Shown here in pieces: positions 5,977 to 12,300 of a DNA stretch of 15,571 nt. Numbering within the stretch: the stretch's first letter is position 1; every line of letters starts with the position of its first letter. The position numbers and the translations under genes were made by a program. The stretch comes from an uncultured archaeon (GTDB lineage Archaea; Aenigmatarchaeota; Aenigmatarchaeia; GW2011-AR5), in contig CAYJVT010000019.1 in NCBI GenBank assembly GCA_964373695.1, forward strand, positions 1 to 15,571, given 5' to 3'. A model generated the notes under the pieces. The model was not told the DNA's origin. It searched no databases and saw only the letters and a list, made by a program, of their open reading frames with translations.

Positions 5977-6621
5977 TTGGTCGAATTCAAGTGCAACGAA
6001 TGTGAAAGGAATTTTTCTTCTCAGGAATCCCTGGGTCAGCACAACAGGGACAAGCACGGCCTCGGAGGGTCGCAGTCAAAACATGAACTAAAACAGCTCA
6101 AAAAACAGGAGAGAGAAAAACAACATTCTTTTGAACAGAGAAAAGTATATAAGTCGAAGTTAATTAAGCGCAGCATGTATGTGGCAATTCCTGTATTCAT
6201 AATAGCTGCCGTATTTGTGTTCGTTTCTTCGCAGCCTCCTGCAATAAACGCCAATTCGGTTGCCGCCGCCGAAATTCCAGGAGTCCCTATACACTGGCAT
6301 CCGGCGCTGACTATAATATTAAACGGCCAGCAGCAGACAATACCTTCTAATCTGGGGTTGACCGGCGTGCATCAGCCAATACATACGCATGATAGTACAG
6401 GAGTTCTTCATTACGAAATTAATAATCCAACGCCGGAAAACATGCCGCTGCGCTATTTTTTTGAAAGGGTATGGAGAAAACAATTCACCGGCACATGTAT
6501 AATGGGCTATTGTAATGACGATTCCGGAACCGTAAAGATGTACGTTAATGGCAGGGAAAATTTTGAGTTTGAAAATTACATACCCAATGATAAGGACGAT
6601 ATACGAATAGAGTTCAGCTAA
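5977..6621 (+). CDS. C2H2 zinc finger - TM - His-rich (HxH) domain protein, paralog of 3883..4635
   Basis: FKCNECERNFSSQESLGQHNRDKH (C6, C9, H22, H27), a basic helix, TM MYVAIPVFIIAAVFVFV, then IHWH...IHTH...LH and YCND...KMYVNG...FENY.PND.D.I. TTG start lies 5 nt after GGTGA. Confidence 0.88.
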   Translation: MVEFKCNECERNFSSQESLGQHNRDKHGLGGSQSKHELKQLKKQEREKQHSFEQRKVYKSKLIKRSMYVAIPVFIIAAVFVFVSSQPPAINANSVAAAEIPGVPIHWHPALTIILNGQQQTIPSNLGLTGVHQPIHTHDSTGVLHYEINNPTPENMPLRYFFERVWRKQFTGTCIMGYCNDDSGTVKMYVNGRENFEFENYIPNDKDDIRIEFS

Positions 6622-6629
6622 AAAACATT

Positions 6630-6858
6630 TTGCTGAAATCCGGCGGCAGGCCTGGAAAGGAAAAAGTCGGCATTGTCGGCGCTTTTCTGGGCATCTTCAC
6701 GTCCGCATGCTCGATATGTTATCCTATAGTCAAGGTGAAAGCCGGCGGCTTTCACCTTCCTGCCTTTCAGGGGCGCCGAATTCCATGCTGCAAGCATAGC
6801 CCTGCTATTGCTTTCGGTATTTTTCACTTCAAGAAGCATAGAATGCAACAAATGCTGA
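6630..6858 (+). pseudogene. Frameshifted small two-TM CxxC membrane protein (MerT/MerF-like layout)
   Basis: The frame starting at 6630 gives ...VGIVGAFLGIFTSACSICYPIV. The +1 frame from about 6742 gives PAAFTFLPFRGAEFHAASIALLLLSVFFTSRSIECNKC* (TGA 6856-6858). The frame switch falls within the palindrome at 6732-6758. Confidence 0.65.
6732..6758. repeat. Perfect palindrome AAGGTGAAAGCCG-G-CGGCTTTCACCTT (13-1-13)
   Basis: Arms checked base by base; they are exact reverse complements. Confidence 0.95.
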
Positions 6859-6860
6859 AC

Positions 6861-7730
6861 TCATTTTTTCTTCTTTGCTTCCGGGCCTTTCATCTTCATC
6901 GAAACTAACACCAGAACGACCCCTATCAAAAGAACCGCCGCCGAATACAGCATCATGCTGGATGCGAACACGTCCATGACGGCCGCAAGAAGCGAAAGGA
7001 CGGCTTCCGAAGACTCCAGCTGTGATTTCAATGCCGTTGTCACTATGCCTGTGAGGACGAAAGACGTGGCAACCATGGTGGCGCCTGATATAGCGAGCGT
7101 GCCGCCCACCCATCTTGGCATGTATTTCGCTGATTTCCTTGTGAGGAATATCATGAGGAGCAGGAGCAGTGCGGAAAGTGCTGCAAGGCCGTACAGGGCG
7201 CTCCAGAAGATGCTGACGCCGCTTCTAAACTTGTCCATAGCGTCCTTGAGCTGCGGCAGGGCCTCCAGCATGTCGATTTTGTCTGGTATTTCGGCGCTGT
7301 TCAGCGTGGCGTCCGCGAACTGCGCCCTGCTGACCCCGGCAGGGAAGCATTCCGGCGATGTCTGGCTTGTCGGGGTGACGCCTGCGGGGCATGCCGGTAT
7401 TTCGTTTATCCTGGCGAGAAGCAGCGACCTTATCTGGTTCCTGTCAATCTCTATCGAGATGTCGGGTTCGTCTGTTTCGCCCCTTATGTAGGCAAGGGCG
7501 TTCGCCATCATCCTGTCAATATTAGATTTCAGGAAGTCCTTGGTAAAAAGGCTCGCTACACCGCCGTTTTCAGACAGCATTTGCGGCAGCTTGTCGTAAA
7601 TACCTTCCTTCTCGAATGCCGATATGTAGACTCCGGGGTAAAGCATGGAAGTTGCCGCCGAGCCTGCTATCACGAGCGGTATGACAATGATAAGGATGAA
7701 AGAAATCACGCCCAGCGCCACTTTTCCCAT
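6861..7730 (-). CDS. Hypothetical membrane protein (N-terminal anchor, helical soluble domain with two Cys, three C-terminal TM segments)
   Basis: 289-aa ORF with coherent hydrophobic segments. Its stop is convergent with, and 2 nt from, the 6858 stop. Confidence 0.8.
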   Translation of the reverse strand: MGKVALGVISFILIIVIPLVIAGSAATSMLYPGVYISAFEKEGIYDKLPQMLSENGGVASLFTKDFLKSNIDRMMANALAYIRGETDEPDISIEIDRNQIRSLLLARINEIPACPAGVTPTSQTSPECFPAGVSRAQFADATLNSAEIPDKIDMLEALPQLKDAMDKFRSGVSIFWSALYGLAALSALLLLLMIFLTRKSAKYMPRWVGGTLAISGATMVATSFVLTGIVTTALKSQLESSEAVLSLLAAVMDVFASSMMLYSAAVLLIGVVLVLVSMKMKGPEAKKKK

Positions 7731-7899
7731 TCAAAGACTATGCAAACCGCAGTTTATAAGTGTTTTCCGGAGCGAAGGATGCGCTTGTCCTCCTCCACGA
7801 CGATTCCTGCCACTTTTTCGCAAGTCATCTGTAAAGAGCGAAGCAAAAGAATAAAAATTGTTGCTCTTGATTATTTTGAAAGCCATGTGAAAATCCATG

Positions 7900-7915
7900 G
7901 TTACTATATAGTGAC
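7900..7915. promoter_or_regulatory. Near-perfect 16-bp palindrome GTTACTATATAGTGAC in a divergent intergenic region
   Basis: The core ACTATATAGT is a perfect palindrome, with one mismatched pair in the flanks. Confidence 0.35.
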
Positions 7916-7936
7916 AAATATATATGATAGCCAATA

Positions 7937-7952
7937 GAAAAGTATTTAAATA
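7937..7952 (+). promoter_or_regulatory. Candidate BRE/TATA promoter (GAAAAG-TATTTAAATA) positioned for a leaderless start near ATG 7974
   Basis: TTTAAATA is centred about 26 nt upstream of the ATG, the canonical archaeal spacing. Confidence 0.5.
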
Positions 7953-7973
7953 ATACCTAATAAGTAGTAACAA

Positions 7974-8834
7974 ATGATACCTATGGCGAGGCAGAAAGAA
8001 CCGAAAAAGGCCAGACCGGCCGGAAAGGCACCGGCCGCTAAGAAACCTGAACAGACAAAAATAGGCGTAAAATTTGAAAGAAGCCCGGATGGTTTTGTTC
8101 TTAGGGCGACTAAGGGAGACATTACAGGGGAATTGTTTTTTGCTCCTGATGGAAGCTATCAGTACGCAGGAATAGGCGGCGAGTATTTTAGGAATCATGC
8201 CGATGCCGGACTGTCGCATTTTCTGGATTCAATATTGAATGGAAAGGCTAATGCCAGGCTGAACAGGAATCCGAATGATGCCGGAAAGTATGTGAGAATG
8301 CTTGTTTCTGGTTGTAGGTCGACTTATCCTGCCAATTCAGGAATCATTGAACGTCTTGAAGTCGATGAAACCATGAGATACCTGCAGGAAAGCGAAAGGG
8401 TCAGGCCCGGAAGTCCGGAGGAAAAAGACGGAGGAAAGATTTATGTTTTAGGCACAGGAGGACCCGATGCAGTAACAGTAAGACAGGGAGAAGATAATCT
8501 GCAAAAAGGCGCTCAGGAAGCCGCCGGAAGACAGCCCGATGGAAGCGGGAAAAGGTATAAAACCGAAGATGAAAGACAGACGGCAGCATATGCTCTGGGC
8601 GCAAGAGCTTCTGAGACTTACGGAAGAAAAGGAATCGAACTAAACGGCGATGCAAAAAGCTATAGTAGAGTGGGTGATATTCTGGCGAGAGCCGGTCTCG
8701 CTGAATACAGAGCTCAGTTTATGAATGGTTATAGAAACGCCAGAAGAGATGCTGCTGAAAGCAGCGCAAGAGATAGAATTGAAGGAACCAAAATTGTCAC
8801 AGAAACGGAAGACCTGTCATATCTGTTCAAATAA
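7974..8834 (+). CDS. Hypothetical soluble protein of unknown function (286 aa)
   Basis: Long ORF with a Lys/Ala/Pro-rich N-terminus and no TM segment. No family recognised. Start is ATG 7974 or 7983. Confidence 0.7.
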   Translation: MIPMARQKEPKKARPAGKAPAAKKPEQTKIGVKFERSPDGFVLRATKGDITGELFFAPDGSYQYAGIGGEYFRNHADAGLSHFLDSILNGKANARLNRNPNDAGKYVRMLVSGCRSTYPANSGIIERLEVDETMRYLQESERVRPGSPEEKDGGKIYVLGTGGPDAVTVRQGEDNLQKGAQEAAGRQPDGSGKRYKTEDERQTAAYALGARASETYGRKGIELNGDAKSYSRVGDILARAGLAEYRAQFMNGYRNARRDAAESSARDRIEGTKIVTETEDLSYLFK

Positions 8835-9074
8835 TTACCGTCTCTTTTTTTCCTGCCTTCCTATTGTCAGGTAAAGGAAAAATCCAATTACAGGCACAAG
8901 CGTGAGCACGAGAAGCCACAGTATCCTCCATTCGTTCTGATTCTTTGCGGAAAGGATGTCGGCAAGGGCCCATATATAGATTATGAGCGCTATCAGAAGG
9001 ACGCCCAGCATGTAGTCTCCCATATAACCCGCCATTCCGCTCCATCCATAACCGTTCATCATGTCCCAGAACAT
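8835..9074 (-). CDS. Small membrane protein with a PLDc N-terminal (cardiolipin-synthase N-terminal-like) domain
   Basis: IYIWALADILSAKNQNEWRILWLLVLTLVPVIGFFLYLTIGR matches the PLDc_N pattern. Start is placed at ATG 9074 because a TTTATAAATAA box lies about 26 nt upstream on the minus strand (9104-9094). Confidence 0.8.
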   Translation of the reverse strand: MFWDMMNGYGWSGMAGYMGDYMLGVLLIALIIYIWALADILSAKNQNEWRILWLLVLTLVPVIGFFLYLTIGRQEKKRR

Positions 9075-9196
9075 AATTAACCATTGCCGGAACTTATTTA
9101 TAAAGGCCTGAGCAAATATTCTTCGGGTGCTAACATCTGAAACGGGATAAATTCCATTCAGATTTTTCAAATCAAGATTAGCGGGGTGTTTGAAAT

Positions 9197-9448
9197 ATGA
9201 CAAAAATATGGAAAAGGAACGGGAAGATGCAGGCCTTCAGCAAGGCAAAGGTTCTGAAGTCGTGCAGGAGATGCGGCGCATCGATGCAGCAGGCGAAGTA
9301 TGTCGCCGATGAGGTAGCCGGCAAGGTGAAGTCGAAGCGCGTCGTGAAGGCCCAGGACATGTCGAAGATAATCCTGTCGGCCCTGAGGAACACGAACAAG
9401 CGCGCTGCGGCAAGCTTTCTGAAATACAAGAAGGCCAAGTACGCCTGA
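9197..9448 (+). CDS. Stand-alone ATP-cone domain protein
   Basis: MTKIWKRNGKMQAFSKAKVLKS matches the ATP-cone start (V-I-K-R-D-G-x-x-x-x-F-x-x-x-K-I pattern). The whole 83-aa protein is one domain. GGGGTG lies upstream. Confidence 0.8.
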   Translation: MTKIWKRNGKMQAFSKAKVLKSCRRCGASMQQAKYVADEVAGKVKSKRVVKAQDMSKIILSALRNTNKRAAASFLKYKKAKYA

Positions 9449-9465
9449 TTTCTTCTTTTTTATTT
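9449..9465 (+). terminator. Oligo-T tract after the ATP-cone gene; candidate archaeal terminator
   Basis: TTTCTTCTTTTTTATTT immediately follows the stop codon. Confidence 0.4.
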
Positions 9466-10038
9466 GTTCAAAATTCTTTTCGTTAATAGAGGCACCGATA
9501 CCAGTATTACCCAGCCTGCTATGACAACTATGTTTATCTGGAATATTTTCAGGGTGACATATGGGATGTTATAGACCCATTCCCACACGAACGTATTGGG
9601 GATTTCATGGATGAAGGCGTTTACCAGCGTCGTCAGAACTATTGCCGGCGCCAGCGAGCCTGTTTTCTTGCTTATCATTATGAAAGATTCGCGGACGAAG
9701 AAAAACGCAAACGGATAGCCGACGAGAAAGACGTGAACGAATTCATCCATCAGGTTAAAGGACGGATATTTTCACAGGCCAATGGCAAACCTTCCGACTA
9801 TTTCAATCAGTATCGTGAACAAAAGGTAAATTCCGTACGTCTTCAGGATATACTTACTGTCATTTTTCAGTATGGAATCGTTCTTCAGCCTGCAGTTGGC
9901 GTACGCAAGGAACAGCGTTCCTCCGACAACGAAATAGCTGTACCAGATGGTGTTCGAGTAAAATACCGCAGAAATTATGCCGTAAATGGCGAGCAGAAGG
10001 CCGATTATTCCGATGATATGGAAATGTCTTTTCATCAT
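9460..10038 (-). pseudogene. Multi-pass membrane protein interrupted by one in-frame TGA (9772-9774)
   Basis: ORF-track entries 9772..10098 and 9460..9750 are in the same frame. The junction reads GRFAIGL-TGA-KYPSFNL-MDEF with no other stop. Likely start is MMKRHF at 10038/10035. Confidence 0.7.
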
Positions 10039-10050
10039 TACACCATTCTG

Positions 10051-10097
10051 CAAAAAGCAAAGCTTTTTGAGAATCTTGAAGAAGCTATGCTTCTTCA
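10051..10097. terminator. Two tandem hairpins at the end of pdhC (8-3-8 at 10051-10069; 9-3-9 at 10077-10097)
   Basis: CAAAAAGC-AAA-GCTTTTTG and TGAAGAAGC-TAT-GCTTCTTCA. The second straddles the pdhC stop codon. Confidence 0.5.
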
Positions 10098-11338
10098 CGG
10101 ATCATCATGTGGGGGTCCTCGAGGTGCTCTATGAGCTCATTCATGAATTTTGCGGCCTCCGCGCCGTCAAGCACGCGGTGGTCGAACGACAGCGACAGCG
10201 GCATGAACCTGCGCGCGACGATTTTGCCCTTGTGCACCGCCGGCTTCTCGCGTATCCTGCCCACTGCAAGTATTGCGGCCTCCGGGTAATTTATTATCGG
10301 CGTCGCAAAGATGCCGCCTATGCTTCCGATGCTCGTTATCGTGAACGTGCCGCCCTGCATGTCCATTATGTCGAGCTTCCGCTCCTTCGCCTTCTGTGCA
10401 AGCAATTCAATTTCCTTCGCGAGCTGGGGTATGCTTTTGCTGTCCGCCCCCTTGACTACAGGAACGACAAGCCCCTCGCCGACGTCCACGGCGATGCCGA
10501 TGTTGTAGTACTTCTTTAATATTATCTCTTCATGTTCCATATCAAGCGTTGCATTGAGGTAAGGATGCTTTTTCAGCGCTGCTATGACAGCCTTTGCGAT
10601 GAATGGCAGGAATGTCAGGTGAACGCCCTTCAGCTTATCTTTTTCCTTCTCTCTTATGTTGTATAGATGCGTCACGTCGGCCTCGTCCATATGGGTGACA
10701 TGCGCCGCATTCTGCATGGATTCTGCCATCTTCTTCGCCGTGGCCTTCCTTATCCCCTTCAGCGGCACATGCTCTATGTAGCCGAATATGTCGTATTTCT
10801 TCACGACTTTTGCTTCGGGCGACGCTTCATGCTTGTCTATCGGCTTTGCCTCTTCGGAGCCAGCGTGCCTCCGGACGTCCTCCTCGGTGACGCGGCCCTC
10901 GGCCCCTGTTCCTTTCATGTCGTCTAGATTGACGCCCAGATTCTTTGCAAGCCTTCTTGTGGCCGGCGTGGCAAGAGCGTGCGGCATTGGCCTTTCAAGG
11001 GATTTTTCTCTGGCCGGCCGCGCCTGTTCTTCTTCGGCTTCCGGCAGCTGCCCAACGACGGATGAAGTGTATTTCTTTGCCGGTGTCTTTATTTTTTCGC
11101 CTGCAGATTCTCCTATGGTCACAAGAGTTTCCCCCACTTTGACAGTATCCCCGGCCCTGTGGTGTATCTTCGTGACCGTTCCTGAGTAGGGCGACGGTAT
11201 CTCGACCACGGCCTTGTCTGTCTCTATTTCTGCTATCACATCATGCTCCTTTATCCTGTCCCCTTCCTTCACGAGCCATCTGACTATCTCGCCTTCAGTT
11301 ATGCCCTCGCCTACGTCTGGAAACTTGAATTCAGGCAC
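10085..11338 (-). CDS. pdhC: 2-oxoacid (pyruvate) dehydrogenase E2, dihydrolipoamide acyltransferase
   Basis: Single lipoyl domain (ETDKAVVEIPSP), E3/E1-binding domain (ATPATRRLAKNLGVNL...GTGAEGRVTEEDV) and catalytic DHRVLDG. The GTG start overlaps the pdhB stop. Confidence 0.96.
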   Translation of the reverse strand: MPEFKFPDVGEGITEGEIVRWLVKEGDRIKEHDVIAEIETDKAVVEIPSPYSGTVTKIHHRAGDTVKVGETLVTIGESAGEKIKTPAKKYTSSVVGQLPEAEEEQARPAREKSLERPMPHALATPATRRLAKNLGVNLDDMKGTGAEGRVTEEDVRRHAGSEEAKPIDKHEASPEAKVVKKYDIFGYIEHVPLKGIRKATAKKMAESMQNAAHVTHMDEADVTHLYNIREKEKDKLKGVHLTFLPFIAKAVIAALKKHPYLNATLDMEHEEIILKKYYNIGIAVDVGEGLVVPVVKGADSKSIPQLAKEIELLAQKAKERKLDIMDMQGGTFTITSIGSIGGIFATPIINYPEAAILAVGRIREKPAVHKGKIVARRFMPLSLSFDHRVLDGAEAAKFMNELIEHLEDPHMMIREEA

Positions 11339-12300
11339 TAGAACACCACCGTCCTGTTTATAGCGTCTATTATCTTTTCTGTCGAAGGGATAAAATAATT
11401 TTCAAGCTTCGCAAGGGGCATCGGCACGTCCGGCCCTGTTACGCGGGCGACCGGGGCTTCAATGCTGAGAAAGGCCCTTTCCATTATCTGCGAGGCTATT
11501 TCCGCGCCGAGGCCGCACGTCCTCCACGCCTCATGCACTATGACGGCGCGTCCGGTCTTCTCCACGGACTTCTTTATTGTCTCCGTGTCCAGGGGAGAGA
11601 GGCTTCTTACATCAATGAGCTCGCATTTATGCTTCGTCTTCTTCACGGCTTCGTTGCACTGCTTCATCATGGCGCCCCACGATATCACCGTGACGTCGCT
11701 TCCTTCCTGCACGACATCAGCCTTCCCTATCGGGATGGTGTATTCATCCTCCGGGACTTCCATCTTTATCGCCCTGTAGACGCGCTTCGGCTCCATGAAA
11801 ACAACAGGGTCCGGCTCGCGTATCGAAGATACCAGCAGGCCCTTGGCGTCGTAAGGATTGGAGGGCGTCACGACCTTTATGCCGGGCATGTGAACCAGAA
11901 GGGCCTCCGGGCTTTCCGAGTGGTGCTCTGGCGCGTGTATGCCTCCTGTGTATGGCACCCTTAATGTCAAGGGAACGTGGAATCTTCCCCTCGTTCTCGT
12001 CCGTATGCGCGCCGCATGGGTGACAAGCTGGTCGAATGCCGGGTACAGGAATCCTTCGAACTGTATCTCGGCGACAGGCTTCAATCCGTTGACGGCCATG
12101 CCTATCGAAGTGCCTACTATGGCCGATTCCGCGAGCGGCGTGTCTATCACGCGCCCGGGGAATTTGTCATAAAGGCCTTCGGTGACGCGGAATACGCCGC
12201 CGTTCACGCCTACATCCTCGCCCAGCACTACCACGGACTGGTCCTTCTCCATCTCCTGCCTCAGCGCGAGGTTTATGGCCTGGACCATGTTCATTATCAT
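11338..12300 (-). CDS. pdhB: 2-oxoacid (pyruvate) dehydrogenase E1 beta subunit
   Basis: GEDVGVNGGVFRVT, DTPLAESAIVG, EIQFEGF, HHSESPE and LIDVRSLSPLD motifs. ATGA overlap with the pdhA stop. Confidence 0.96.
   Translation of the reverse strand: MIMNMVQAINLALRQEMEKDQSVVVLGEDVGVNGGVFRVTEGLYDKFPGRVIDTPLAESAIVGTSIGMAVNGLKPVAEIQFEGFLYPAFDQLVTHAARIRTRTRGRFHVPLTLRVPYTGGIHAPEHHSESPEALLVHMPGIKVVTPSNPYDAKGLLVSSIREPDPVVFMEPKRVYRAIKMEVPEDEYTIPIGKADVVQEGSDVTVISWGAMMKQCNEAVKKTKHKCELIDVRSLSPLDTETIKKSVEKTGRAVIVHEAWRTCGLGAEIASQIMERAFLSIEAPVARVTGPDVPMPLAKLENYFIPSTEKIIDAINRTVVF

Noticed and set aside
6632-6680. Resemblance to SRP RNA helix 8 (CAGG-CCT-GGAA-AGG)
   Set aside because: The conserved AGCA of the SRP54-binding loop is replaced by AAAA, there is no room upstream for the rest of an archaeal SRP RNA, and the stretch reads well as protein leading into the CxxC helix.
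6618-6908. ORF-track calls 6618..6851 (-) and full-length 6630..6908 (+)
   Set aside because: The minus ORF is the shadow of the frameshifted membrane gene. The plus ORF loses protein-like character after the palindrome and runs into the convergent 6861 gene.
7581-8219. ORFs 7731..8219 (-), 7581..7937 (+) and 7645..7854 (+)
   Set aside because: They overlap better-supported genes or promoter elements, have implausible composition and show no start signals.
9772-9774. Genome-wide TGA reassignment or selenocysteine at the in-frame TGA
   Set aside because: TGA terminates several well-supported genes in the window, Trp is encoded by TGG, the context suggests Trp rather than Cys, and I could identify no SECIS-like element.
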